A DNA stretch of 64,000 nucleotides. Origin: a virus. Lineage: Duplodnaviria; Caudoviricetes. The stretch is taken from positions 26,992 to 90,991 of the IMG/VR virus record IMGVR_UViG_3300028048_000110, one strand, 5' to 3'. The notes below the pieces were generated by a model that worked only from the letters and a program-made list of their open reading frames with translations, did no database searches and had not been told where the DNA came from. Position 1 is the first letter of the stretch; the number at the start of each line of letters is the position of its first letter. The position numbers and the translations under genes were made by a program. Below, piece after piece: positions 11,743 through 23,765 of the stretch.

Positions 11743-11749
11743 GTAAATA
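11743..11749 (+). promoter_or_regulatory. GTAAATA candidate late promoter
   Basis: Heads the three-gene fibre cluster (ATG 11790). Confidence 0.6.
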
Positions 11750-11789
11750 AGGTTTGAAACACATAGACTGAAGAACTTGAAAGGCAACA

Positions 11790-13133
11790 ATGTCAACATA
11801 CACTGATTTGCATACCCGTAGAAGAGAGACTTTGACTATTCTACGTCAACCTGGATCTCCTGATGATGGAATAACGCCATAGCGTGTTATTTTTGCCAAT
11901 CCTGAAAACATATATGAAGGCACATTCAAGGGCAAAATTGAAGCTAGTGGAGTAGATTTGTCAAATGCTACTTTGACAGACGTCACGATAGCTGGTGGAA
12001 CAATTCAAGATGCAAAGATATACTCTGAAGGCAGAGTCATGTCAATAGCTGAGTTGACATCTAATGTGTCAGAGCTAAGTGGCAAAGTTGATAGTGCTTT
12101 CTAGAAGATAGACAGCATGTCTAGCACGGTAGATGATGAATTGTTAAGCTTAAGTGTAGACATTGAGCAGAATGTAGATGGCAAGTTGTCTAGTCTAAGT
12201 CTAGACTTTGCAGAATTAGCAAATGCGTTATCGACAGACATCAACATTAGATTAAGTGATGAGACTTCTGCTAGAGTCTAGCAAGACGCACTTCTTGACT
12301 AGAAGATATCTAGTGCAGCTGGCGCATTGTCAGATGTGCAAGACTAGATATCATCTATTGAGTTGTCAATTGGCACGATGTCTAAGAGCATAAGTGCATA
12401 GGCAGTTGGCATGATGCACTACCATGGTGCACTGCTTAATGGCTATGGCACACATGAAAGCATAGTATAGTTCTTGATAGCAAACTTCAATAGATATGAC
12501 TATGCATTCTATTGTGGCGACTAGTATAAGATAACTGCTGATGTTGAGTTTACAGGTCCACAACAGAAGAGCTTGTATGCAGATGACTACATCTTGTTCA
12601 ATAGAGACATAGTGCTTTCAGCGGCTGGATTTGACAGCATTGACATAATAAGAGACGCTTAGGCTGAAGGAGAGCACATCAAGTCTTTAGTTGACAAGAT
12701 CAGTTCAGACCTTAGCACACTTAGTGGTGAAGTAGGCTCAACATATGAGTCTTTGACTGCTGGCATTGACAATTTAAGTGCTAATGTTAAAAGCTTGAGC
12801 AGTGGAATTGCTACTATATCAGGCATTCTAAGTACTGGCATTGATGGCTTAAGCGGCAGCATTGGCACCTTGAGCTCAACTGTAAGTGGTCTGTCAGGTG
12901 AAGTAAAAGACATATCAAGCATACTAAGCAGCAGCATTGGCAGCTTAAGCTCTAGTCTATCTAGCTACAACACAACGTTAAGTGGCATTGACAGAGAAGT
13001 AGATGGCTATGGTGACATAAAGTCAGACAACCTGATTGTCACAGATGTCATAACTAAAGCGGGTGCACACGCACATGACCGATACTATATGTCATTCCTT
13101 AGTGGGACAGTTGTGATGAGGCCAATTGCTTAA
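11790..13133 (+). CDS. Probable fibre/structural protein with Ser/Leu heptad repeats, 447 aa
   Basis: Open with TAG=Q; LSxxxxxLS periodicity (LSANVKSLSSGIATISGILSTGIDGLSGSIGTLSS); ends at TAA. Confidence 0.55.
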
Positions 13134-13156
13134 CAAGAATTTGAAAGAGAGAAGAC

Positions 13157-14695
13157 ATGAGTGACTACATATACACAAAGAACATCTTGACTGGAGATGG
13201 CTCTATGTCAGCCATACAGCCAAATGACGTTGTCATGCTGAATGGAAGCAATGTTTGGCTGAACATCGACGATGACATCAGTGGCTTGAACCCTATTCCA
13301 TCATTTGACATAGCAAGAGGGATATCTAGTACAACTAAGCTCTCAATTGAGAATGCTTAGGCATAGATTGACAATGTGCAGTTGAGCGTATTGAGTGCAT
13401 TGTCAGAGATATCAAGTGCAGCTGCTGACTATGCATTCACTGATGGTGAGATTTTGTCAGTGCTGACATCACTGAAGCAAGTCAATGGAAAAACTGTTGT
13501 TGAAGCTAGACCACTTACATCAGCTGATGTCAATGGACTGCCAGATGTTGTTGATAGCAAAGTTGACGTATTGAAGCAGTATGTCATTAATGGATACCTT
13601 CCTCTTTCTGGTGGAGTTGTTGTCGGAGACCTAAGCATTGGCAGAGACTATGCATTGAGTGTTGAAGACGGCGGTAGACTTGCTGTTGGCAACTAGACAC
13701 TTTGCTCTCTTCTTAGTGCCGAAATTTCATTAAGCACTAGCATAGCTGTAGAGAAGCTCTCAATAGACTTGAGCAATGACTTTGGCTTTGGCTATGACGC
13801 AGAGTCAAACACAATATCTGCGCATGTTGCTGGAAGAACACATTAGTTCTCAGCCAATCGATTCACCGAAGCTAGAATGCTTGAAAGCGCACGAGTTGAA
13901 ACAATTGATGGAAAGCCATGGTTGATATTAGAGTTTAAAGTTGATTCACCAGATCTATACAACAAAGTGTCTGTTGACTTAGCATAGATTGCTCCAATGC
14001 ACTATGGTGCAAATGGCATTGATGTGCAGTATGACAGTGATAGAGGCAAATATTGCATATCAGCTGACAGCACCATCTGCCATCTGTCAGACATAGAAGC
14101 TCTAGATGTCGGCAATTCAATTGCGCCTGGCCAAATCCTCTCTTCTCTCAAGCAAGAGAATGGACTAGTGTCATATGGAACAGCACCAATACTCTCAAGC
14201 TATGTTGAAGGTCTTTCAGACTATGTTGAGCAAGCATTGAGCAACATAAGTGTTCCATTGTCAACAGTGTATGGCGAATGGCATGTCAATCCACCTGCAG
14301 CTAAAGATGGCAGTCAACTATGTGTAGAGCTAAGCACTACATACGAGAGTGGAACTGAAAAGCTTTGGGCTAGACTAACCACAAATAGCGAAGCTGCAAC
14401 AGACTTCAAAGAGCTGTATGATCCATACTGCTATGTTGGATTTGATGAAAATGAAGCCATATACAAGACAGCAGTCTCACGCAAGCAAGACTGCTTCATC
14501 ATTGGCCACAACATCAACTAGCCAATATAGCCAAAGATTGAATTTGGAATGCTAAGTGCTCTTGACAATCCAATATTTGATGACACCACATTAAACATTG
14601 ATGCATCGCTAGAGACAACTATAAGTGCTGTGGCCACAATAAGAGATGTGCTGAAGCAGCTTAGGTCAAACATTGAGCATTTGAAAACAATTTAA
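13157..14695 (+). CDS. Probable fibre/structural protein, 512 aa
   Basis: Track ORFs 13157, 13376 and 13997 are in one frame through TAG; GYLPLSGGVVVGDL fibre-type motif. Confidence 0.55.
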
Positions 14696-14704
14696 TGAAA
14701 GTAG

Positions 14705-17401
14705 ATGACAAACATGAGCAAAGACTATTCAAAATACACAGACTATCAGCTTAGTATTGGAGCATTAAATAGAAATAGCATGATTCTTTCTGCTGGCATA
14801 ATAAGCAGTCTTGTCAATGACTGCTATGTCGTGTCTAGCTTTAATGAGCTTCCTGCACCTAGTGGATGTGTTCCAGGCGATGTCGCTATTGTCAGTAGTA
14901 TTGTCGGTGGCAATGAGAACATTATAGAACGAAAAGTGTTCTATTGTGCAAATAGTGCTTGGCAGCCACTTAGTGGACACGCAAAGTCTGGCAACATCTA
15001 CTTTGACAGCAACTTGAGCATTGCTGGAGATTGGCTAAGTGTTGATGGCATTCTAAGTAGCAATACTATCTAGTCTAAGGGAAAGTCATTAGACTGGCTG
15101 GTGTCAAGCTTGCCAACATTCATTGATAAGAACACTAGCAAAATCACAATCAGCTCTGACCCTACTGCGGTTGACTTGTCAATCCACAAGATGACATATG
15201 ACTAGTTTGAAGACAGAGTGCTTGATGAGAATCACCCAATATCAAGCAATGAGCTGTTCATCATAGAAGATGACTGCATTGACTGCTATGGCCAAGAGAT
15301 AAAGAATGTCCTTTCATCTACTGAGCCAATGAATGCTGCTACAGTTGGACAAGTTGGTGCTGCTAAAGTAGAGCTATGTGCTTATGCTGATGAGATCTCT
15401 GCTCAAGCAAGTGCAGCTATAGATGAGCTTCAGACAGACGTGTCTAACATTAGTAGTGCCGTGGATGAAAAGGCTGACGAGACGACTACAGTCAAGCTGT
15501 CGCTAGCGGAAGAATATTTCCCAATAAACTACATGGATGCAGGCACTCCAGTTTCAATTTCTGGACCAGATGACGTGCATGTTGTTGATCTTGGACCGAA
15601 ATTATATGCGCTCTACACTGTCTCTGGAGACATCGAGATTGCAAAGTTCAACCGGTTAAGTCTGGCCTACAATTCATCGCTCCTGAGCAATAACAATCTC
15701 GTGTTCAATTATGCCGCACCCATTGCTAGCAAACGCCCAGTGCTGTCATATGTTGGAGGCACGGTCGTCCGCTTTGGAGAGTTCGCTGCCACTATCTCTT
15801 CTCTCTCATCCAACATCAATAGCAAGCTCGACAAGAGCAGCGAAGACTGGACTGTCAGCTACACAGAGAACGGACTACACATAGCCGACACCGCCGGGGT
15901 GTACTACATAGATATAGCTCCAGGCATGGTAAAGACAAACTACCCGAATGTTCACAATGTTTACTGGCCGATAACAAGGGGAACCCTCGCGCGCCTTGAG
16001 GACATTGCGGGAAACTTTAGTTCGTCGACGGCCTATGCAAAAGACGCGCTCGTCGAACGTTTTGGCTTACTCTACCATTGTGTCAACCCGAATGGGCATA
16101 CTGGCGCATGGGTGGATGCAGACTTCGGCGCGGCGACCGTGGAGGACATTCTCGCGGCGCTCCGCGCGGGCAAGGCGGACAAGCCTGCGACCTTCACGGC
16201 AGGCAATCTCGCTACGCTGAATGCCAATGGCAACCCGACGGACAGTGGGCTGTCTAGGGATACTGTTGAGAGTCTTTTCTTCGCGCAGCACTACCCCGAG
16301 GGCAAAGTCAAGAGTGCAGCAGAGTTCACAGTGGGAATCAAGTATGACGCCCCTGATACGGTCAACCGCACGATTATGGTCAAGCCGTTCTGCGACATAG
16401 ATGGTACGGCAGAGAACGACAACTCGTCTCTTGTCGGGCGTGTGGTGATTCCGCCGTTCGTGGATGCAGACGGCAACGGGTACATCTCCGACGACGGCAC
16501 GAGGTTCAAAGTCGTGGGGGTGAGTGGTGGTTATGCAAACAGCGACAACTTTAATCTAACCGCCATCTTCGCGCCAAATACGGTGACAAACATCGGGAAC
16601 AGTGCGTTCTTCGCCTGTGCCTCGCTGACCTCCGTCTCGCTCCCAGCCACCACGGGAATAGGGAATCAGGCGTTCAGATACTGCAGCTCGCTAACCTCTG
16701 TCTCTCTCCCCGCTGCCACGACCATCGGGAGCGACGCGTTCTTCGCCTGTGCCTCGCTGACCTCCGTCTCGCTCCCAGTCGTGACGACCATCGGGGCTTC
16801 CATGTTCAGCGACTGCTACGAACTGTCCTTAGTTGACTTCGGCAACACACCACGCTCATCTGTACCGTCACTCGACGCATTTACGTTCAACGCTGTCCCG
16901 ACGACCTGCAAGATAATTGTGCCTGACGAGCAGTATGACACATGGATTGCCGCTGATGGATGGAGTGACCTCGTGATAGCTGGATACAAGTTCCTGAAGT
17001 ATAGTGAGTGGGAATATGCTCATAGATATGAAGTTCCTAAGCTCTCAGTTGACAACACTCCAGCAAATGTCAACATAGTCCACATCTCACAAAAAGACTA
17101 TGAGCAGCTAGTCTTCGATGGTGATGCTTTGAGCAACACCTTGTATGTTGTATCTGGTGACTATATCAATGCATATGGCCAATAGATAAAGAATATTGCT
17201 CCAGGCAATGATCTGTCTGATGCAGTCAATGTAGAGTAGTTGAATGCAATTGGCAACAAAACTCAATGCTTGAATGCAATATCATCAAACAATGTATTGT
17301 CAAACTTCTATAGCACTATTGCAGCATCAGGAGTAAATGCTGTAACTATAGAGACAATGTGCTCAGCATTGTTTGAACTAGTAAAGACGTTAGGATACTG
17401 A
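14705..17401 (+). CDS. Probable tail fibre/receptor-binding protein with YadA-neck-like motifs and BspA/LRR_5 repeats, 898 aa
   Basis: Track ORFs 14705 and 15218 joined by TAG; IKNIAPGNDLSDAVNVE(Q)L; 22-aa repeats AFFACASLTSVSLPxxTxIG. Confidence 0.65.
16604..16800 (+). repeat. 66-bp period LRR coding repeats
   Basis: gcgttcttcgcctgtgcctcgctgacctccgtctcgctccca occurs identically at 16604 and 16736. Confidence 0.85.
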
Positions 17402-17415
17402 CTAGATCACTAGCA

Positions 17416-19326
17416 TTAAAGGTCTTGAAGCGAGCACTCAACTGTGTTCGCTTCAATGATCTTCATGAAGTCATCTTCAGAGATGATCTTAATGCCAAGC
17501 TCTTTTGCTTTGCGGTTCTTAGATGAGTTGCTGCTTATGTCATTGTTGACTAAGTAAGTCAATCCTTTAGACACACCTACCTTTGACTCATATCCATGCT
17601 CTAGTGCATATTCTAAGAACTTGCTTCTTGAGCCAAACTTCAGGCCACCTGTCACACATATTGACCCTTTTATGCTGTTCTTAGCCTTGGCTATGCTAGA
17701 TGAGCTAGGGCTCCAATGCCAACGAGTGTCACTTACTACCATATTGACGTGTCTAAGTGCTTCAGGAAGATCCTCGATGAACTTGTCAAGCGTTATAGCT
17801 CCAATCCCACTAGGCAGAGACTTGTATGCTTCATCTTTGAAAGATGTAGACTCAACAAGACTGTATCCATAGTGGTCAACAATCTTTCCAACAGATGTCT
17901 CAGACAAGCCTACAAAATTCATTGCCCCTAGGAGCTTCTCTTTGCTCTGTGAAAACACCTTTGCATACAGCTCATCATACAGCTTGACTTGAGACTTGTA
18001 GTCTTTGTTTGGCATGAACTCTAGCAACTTTTCAAATGAGGTGATGCCAAAGTTCTTGAGAGTTGCATTAGATGCTGACTTCACGCCAAGCTTCTTGATG
18101 AAGTTGACTAGACGATGGACAACCTGGTCAGGGCAGTTCTTGTTCTTGCACCGCATGTTGATGCCATCTCTCACAAGTGGGGCACCACAGCAAGAGCACT
18201 CAGTTGGAGGGTCAATCTTCTTGCAGTTTGGACCATTCTCAATGACATGCTCAATGTGTGGTATCACGTCTCCTGAGCGCTTAAGCACTATCTTGCTTCC
18301 ATACATCAATCCAAGCTGCTCAATTATGTCAAGATTGTGCAGAGACACACGGCTGATTGTAGCACCACCAAGCTCAACTGGGTCAACAATCCCTACACCA
18401 ACAAAGTTGCCATCCTTTGAAGGGCCTTCCCACACGACATCAACAAGCTTTGTCTCAGCAACCTGTTGGTTTATCTTGAAGGCTTTGCATGCATCTGGAC
18501 GGTACTTGTCTTCATTTCTGTATTCAGGAGAGCAGATGACAAGTCCATCAGTCTCATAGTCAAACTCTTGTGATGCCCAATCAAACAGCAGTTTTGGAAT
18601 GTCTTTAACTGAGACAAGGTCAACTTCTAGATGCCAAGCTGGAGACATTCCTTTTATGCAGTCAAGTATTTGAAACTGCTGGTTCTTTGTGTACTCCTGT
18701 CCAAGAATAGTGTAAGGGACAAAAGAGACAAACTTGACTTCATCTTCTGTCCAGTCTTTACGGTTCATTATTCCAGCGCATGCATTGCGAGCATTTGCAA
18801 ACTTGCCATCTTCAATCTCATTGAGCTTCTCAAAGTCTGCCTTCAATATGACAAGCTCACCACGTATCTCCATGCTCTCATCAATAAGAGCATTTGTCTG
18901 CTCATCATGAAGCTCATGTGGCAAGCCATTCACAAACATCGCTTTGTCAGTGATGTTCTCTCCAAATGACCCATCTCCACGTGTAGTTGCTGCAACTAGC
19001 TTTCCATTCTTGTAAGAAGCACGGCAAGAGATGCCATCAACTTTAGCACTTGCATTCAATGACTTGCCAAGAGACTTGACAAACTTGATGACTTCTTCAG
19101 GCTCTTCTCGCTTGAGCTTGTCAAGCGAGCCCATGATGTATGGATGCTTGACTTTGCCTTTGCCTTCATGCAGAGAGTCTCTAAATGAAGCATACTCTTC
19201 TTTTGAGACATTCTTTTCAAGCTCCTCACATAAGTCATCAAATGCTTGGTCACTCATAGTTGGGTGGCCATCACGATATGCTTTGTTTGCGTCTAGAATC
19301 TGCTTCTTCAATTTGTCTATTTCCAT
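17416..19326 (-). CDS. ligA: NAD-dependent DNA ligase
   Basis: KVDG adenylation motif, TRGDG, RGE, ARNACAG, DGLVI, GDVIP, Cys4 zinc finger, BRCT-like tail; no TAG. Confidence 0.95.
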   Translation of the reverse strand: MEIDKLKKQILDANKAYRDGHPTMSDQAFDDLCEELEKNVSKEEYASFRDSLHEGKGKVKHPYIMGSLDKLKREEPEEVIKFVKSLGKSLNASAKVDGISCRASYKNGKLVAATTRGDGSFGENITDKAMFVNGLPHELHDEQTNALIDESMEIRGELVILKADFEKLNEIEDGKFANARNACAGIMNRKDWTEDEVKFVSFVPYTILGQEYTKNQQFQILDCIKGMSPAWHLEVDLVSVKDIPKLLFDWASQEFDYETDGLVICSPEYRNEDKYRPDACKAFKINQQVAETKLVDVVWEGPSKDGNFVGVGIVDPVELGGATISRVSLHNLDIIEQLGLMYGSKIVLKRSGDVIPHIEHVIENGPNCKKIDPPTECSCCGAPLVRDGINMRCKNKNCPDQVVHRLVNFIKKLGVKSASNATLKNFGITSFEKLLEFMPNKDYKSQVKLYDELYAKVFSQSKEKLLGAMNFVGLSETSVGKIVDHYGYSLVESTSFKDEAYKSLPSGIGAITLDKFIEDLPEALRHVNMVVSDTRWHWSPSSSSIAKAKNSIKGSICVTGGLKFGSRSKFLEYALEHGYESKVGVSKGLTYLVNNDISSNSSKNRKAKELGIKIISEDDFMKIIEANTVECSLQDL

Positions 19327-19379
19327 ATGTCTATTATATCAAATTGATGCAAATTCTTAAATAGTCTCTCATAGAGTTG

Positions 19380-19850
19380 TCAGCTCTTCAACTTCTATAT
19401 GTCTAGTGTGCACTTCTGCCAATCTATTCCAGCTAAGTCAAGTCGCATCAGAAGTTCATCAATGCTACGAGGGATATTGTGGTTCTCCCATCGTGGGTAG
19501 AACTATAGACTGCCATCTTTAGTTATTTGATAGCCATCTCCACCTTTCATTGACATCAAGTACCTTCTTTCGCCAAAAGTCCCTTCAAGAATTTTCTTGC
19601 AGAGCTCTTCAACTGTGCCTTCATGTAGATTAGATGCAATCTGCCGCATACTTGACACATAGGCAACTCTGCCTTCTTTGAAGACATCTACTACGCTGTC
19701 ATACCATCTAGTCCTCACATAGACATCTACAGTTGCAAGAACATTGTCTGCCTTTACCTCCATGGTAAGGCCTACTAGCTTTGCATATGCACTAAGAAGC
19801 TTTGCATATTTGCCAATTGTGAAGTTCATTGGAGCTGTCTTTGCACGCAT
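19380..19850 (-). CDS. Hypothetical protein, 156 aa
   Basis: Track ORF extended through TAG at 19503 to TGA. Confidence 0.6.
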
Positions 19851-20044
19851 TAGTCGATCTCAAACTCTATCACGATCTTGCCATCTTCGCCGCGTACTAC
19901 AGCGTCATGCCAATGCCCTTCATGAGACACTATGTGCAGAAACCCTTCCATATCTTTCACTGAGCATGGCATGTCAATTGAGATGCGCTTCTTCTAGTCT
20001 GACTTCTCAACATTGTGTCTTTTGCTTGACTTCACCATATTCAT
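19850..20044 (-). CDS. Hypothetical protein, 64 aa
   Basis: Overlaps the thyX stop and the next start (TAATG); 1 TAG. Confidence 0.55.
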
Positions 20045-20673
20045 CAAGTTGTCTGTATGCTTGTCCCATCTTTCAAGTCTTCAAAGCAAGAAGGAGCAAT
20101 CTCATAAAGCTTGTCAAGAATGAGATTTGCTGCTTTACGAATCTCCCATTGTGCTCTTGGAGAGAGGCGGAGCTTCAAGAAGTTTCGCCAAGCTCTGAAG
20201 TCTGCAGTGACTACGATCTCAGTAGTGCATGCATTTGGAAGCACAAACCTAGCGTCTTCAGGCTTGAGTCCATATGACAAGAGAAGTGAGTAGGCATCCC
20301 AAGCGTGCTGCATTGCTTTGTCAAAGACATCTTTAGCAAGAAGAAGCTTTTGGTTAGTAGTACTGCTGTCAACAAGCACATCTGGCACTACATAACTTGG
20401 CTCATCTTCTTTGACATAACGTTGGCTTCTTTGAGAATATGAGAAGCCAATGCGGTGCCTAACAAGCTCATGCGTCAAGACACGGCTCACATCTTCTAGT
20501 CTAAATGTGGCAGTTGCATGCTCTACGCAGCTTTCATGGCCAGACTTGATGATAGCCTTTATCATCTTGCGAGATGCCTCTAAGTCTTTCTCTTTTGAGT
20601 CATAGCATGTACGAGCAGCATTTGCTATTACAAGCTCTGGATTAGGAGTGTGTGCAACAAATTCTATGTTCAT
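20044..20673 (-). CDS. thyX: Flavin-dependent thymidylate synthase
   Basis: GHESCVEH, THELVRHRIGFSYSQRSQRY, ARFVLPNA, AQWEIR; no TAG. Confidence 0.95.
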   Translation of the reverse strand: MNIEFVAHTPNPELVIANAARTCYDSKEKDLEASRKMIKAIIKSGHESCVEHATATFRLEDVSRVLTHELVRHRIGFSYSQRSQRYVKEDEPSYVVPDVLVDSSTTNQKLLLAKDVFDKAMQHAWDAYSLLLSYGLKPEDARFVLPNACTTEIVVTADFRAWRNFLKLRLSPRAQWEIRKAANLILDKLYEIAPSCFEDLKDGTSIQTT

Positions 20674-20709
20674 ATAAGATATGGTACACATCTAGCTTTA
20701 GCATGTGAA

Positions 20710-20716
20710 GTAAATA
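20710..20716 (+). promoter_or_regulatory. GTAAATA candidate late promoter
   Basis: Upstream of ATG 20725. Confidence 0.55.
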
Positions 20717-20724
20717 GTAATGCA

Positions 20725-21678
20725 ATGCAAGCAAATGAATCATCTCTAGACAAGAAGTCAGTTTGGTACTTTGGAAACAACAAAGCCAGGAACTTGAAGC
20801 TTGTTTCGCCAAAGTGGTATGCACCATTCTTCATGACGACAGACTACAAGTATGCAGAAGAATATGCTGACTATGGCGTGTACACAATCACACTAAAGAA
20901 TGAGGCAAAGTCTAAGATTCTTGACTTCAACAAAGACTCAGATGTGAAGAAGCTCACGTGGCCAAAAGAGCTCATAGATGACATAAGGACAGGCAAGAGT
21001 GACTTGAATGGAATTGCATATGACATGTACATTCTTGCTGGCTATGGGCACTCACAAGAAGTGTTTGACAAGTCTTGGCACTTGTCTGATGCGGCATATG
21101 ACTTTGATGTGCGGTCTGAGAACATATTTGACATTGTCCCAAAGCATGCAAGTTGGGCAAGTGAGAAAGACCACAGATTTGTCCTCTAGATGTGGAAAGA
21201 CATTCATGATGCTGGATTTGATGGTTTCACTCATCTTGAGTTTGGAAAGAGGATTCTTGCACTGTTTGACTTCAAGTGCATGGACAAGATAAGCATCAAG
21301 CCAATTGATACTAAGTTGAATGAGTCTAACGATGATGAAAAAGATATGGGTGAAGTGAGCGATGGGTACCACACATTCAATGAGTTGTACTACTATAGAA
21401 TGCTGTATAATGCTGCATTCTTCAATGAGCTTGCTAAAAACACTGACATCAAAGTGATGAAGTCAAAGAGACATAGTGATGGCAAACCATGTTTTGATGA
21501 TGCTGACATGTTCATTGTACAAGCTGAATTACCAACTGGACAAGTGTCAAACCACTATAGCATGGAAGATTGGGATAAGTTCAAAGTTGATGAAGTTGAA
21601 GTTGCTGATGAATGGGATGGACACACGCCGCAACAAGCAGCAGAGCGTATAGAAAAATTCATTTTGGAGTATCAATAA
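20725..21678 (+). CDS. Two-domain protein: N-terminal ADP-ribosyltransferase-like fold (tentative) plus C-terminal WDGH-type domain, 317 aa
   Basis: A single TAG (21187) joins two track ORFs; WYFG..FFMTTD..YAEEYA..VY.ITL..LDF; SDGYHTFNELY..KSKRHSDG..LPTGQVSNHY..WDGHT. Confidence 0.5.
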
Positions 21679-21679
21679 G

Positions 21680-23356
21680 ATGAAAGTTGACAAGTACATT
21701 CAATACTGGGCCCACATGCTCGATGAAGCATTTGACAAAAGTGGCATGCTAGCTGAAGGAAAACAAGAGTACTTGAAGAAACACTCAAGCGAGAAAGACG
21801 TGAAGAGCGCAGTTGACAAGCATCTTGATGAAGAAGAAGGCATAGTAGACAATGATGTGTATTTGTCAAACATGGCAAAGTCATTTGCTGACAAAGCATG
21901 GTTCTTGAAGTACATTCCAAAAGACATCACAACTATTGTAGACTTTGGAGGTGGAACAGGAGACTTTGCAAAGTTTTGTAGAGCAAAAAGACCAGACTTG
22001 ACATATGCTGTAGTTGACAACAATGCTAGTTTCTTTGACCAAGCAAAGTCAAATGGATTCATAGTAGCATCAAGTCTGTAGAACTTGACCGCAAACAAGG
22101 CAATTGACTTCAGCAAGTCACTTCTAGTCCTCTCGTCAGTCATCCATGAGATATACTCTTATGCAGATGCAAGTGCATTTTGGAAAGACATAGCAAAGTG
22201 CGGGTTTAAAGCTGTTGCCATACGTGACATGAGCTATGATGAGACAGCAATGCGCAGTGCTCCAATAGATGCCATCTGCTGGGTATACTAGAACATCTTC
22301 ATGTCAGATGTTGTGGCATACAAAGGAGTGCCATTTAGAGACATAACAGAGAGCTTTGAAGACTAGTGGGGAGCAATATGCGACCCTGCATCAAAGAAAG
22401 TGAATGGAAAGAACTTGTTCCACTTCTTGATAAAGTACCGCTATCAAGAGAACTGGGCAAGAGAAGTCCAAGAGAACTACTTGCCTGTGTCAAAGGAGAA
22501 GCTTGCATCAATCCTCACATCTATGGGGTACTCATTCACCCACAAAGAGTCAAGCAAGCTAGAGTTCTATGGAAAGTGTTGGAAGAAAGACTTCAAGCTG
22601 GGCGTGCCAGACAACAATGGCTATAGAAAGCAGTTCTATGATTGGCTATTGACACTTGACACGCACATAAAGTGGTTTCTTGAGAAGAAAGCATAGAAGA
22701 TGGACAGTCTTGATGAGAACAAGCAAGCTTATTTGAGCAAATATGCAGATGAAGAAGACATCAATGCAGTTGTTGAGATGTTTTGGCACATACGCAGTAG
22801 GCTAAGTGCTCCATAGAATGACATTGATTGGTGGATAAAGAAGCCATTTGCTGACTTGAAGAGGTTTGTGCAGACATATGACACCTCAAACAAGAAGCAG
22901 CGTCGAGACACAAACTACAAGAAGCAAGCTTTTGACAATGATGCAAAGTTGCTTGGCACCAGAGATGGATATGAGATCTGGTATGTGCCAACTTATGAAG
23001 CTATGAAGATTCTTGGACGCTTCTACAAAGGACGGTCTGCTAAGTGGTGCGTTGCTTCAGATGACCCTGAGTTTTGGTTTGACAACCATGATGAAGATGA
23101 GTTTGTTGTGCTAGTGAGAGAGCATCCAAAGAACAATGAGTTCGACAAAGTCGCTCTGCAGATGACTGGTCATGGCAGATACTTCAACTAGAAGCAGATC
23201 ATACCTTGGGACTTAGAGAACAATGACAACACATTCACTGCTAGATACTACATGACTGGTCTAGACTTAGCAGAGGTTGAAGCCTTGATCTACTATGCTT
23301 GGCAGCTGTTCAAAGACAATGGTGAGCAAAGAGAGCAGTACTATGATGTTGATTGA
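21680..23356 (+). CDS. Multi-domain protein with a class I SAM-dependent methyltransferase domain and a C-terminal phage domain, 558 aa
   Basis: Track ORFs 21680, 22085, 22400 and 22856 are in frame via TAG; IVDFGGGTG..VDNN..LSSVIHE; YVPTYEAMKILG..KWCVAS. Confidence 0.65.
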
Positions 23357-23370
23357 TGCTAAGCATTGAA

Positions 23371-23377
23371 GTAAATA
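23371..23377 (+). promoter_or_regulatory. GTAAATA candidate late promoter
   Basis: Upstream of ATG 23412. Confidence 0.5.
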
Positions 23378-23411
23378 CGATAAAAGAAAGCAAATACAGA
23401 AAGACAACACT

Positions 23412-23735
23412 ATGACAGCATACGATTTTGCAAAGTTGTTGACATCTGGTGCAGCAAGTTCGCCTGATGCAGAAATTGAAGTAGTTGACACTACATACGA
23501 ACAATTCTGGGATGCAGATGTCTCACACGTCGATCACATAATGAGAAAAGTTGTGCTAGCATCTCATCTTGACTATGGCAGTTATAGCAATTGGATTAAC
23601 ACCGCTAGAAAGCTCAAAGACTGGTTTATTGAAAACAATGTTGAACAAAGCTACAAAATAGTGTTCTAGAACCATGACTCTGAGACTTTCAATGACATTA
23701 AAGCTATCAAGACAAACTTTATGCGACTTGCTTAA
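23412..23735 (+). CDS. Hypothetical protein, 107 aa
   Basis: Track ORF extended through 1 TAG to TAA. Confidence 0.6.
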
Positions 23736-23765
23736 TAGTGACTAACTTACAACAAGGAAACTGAT

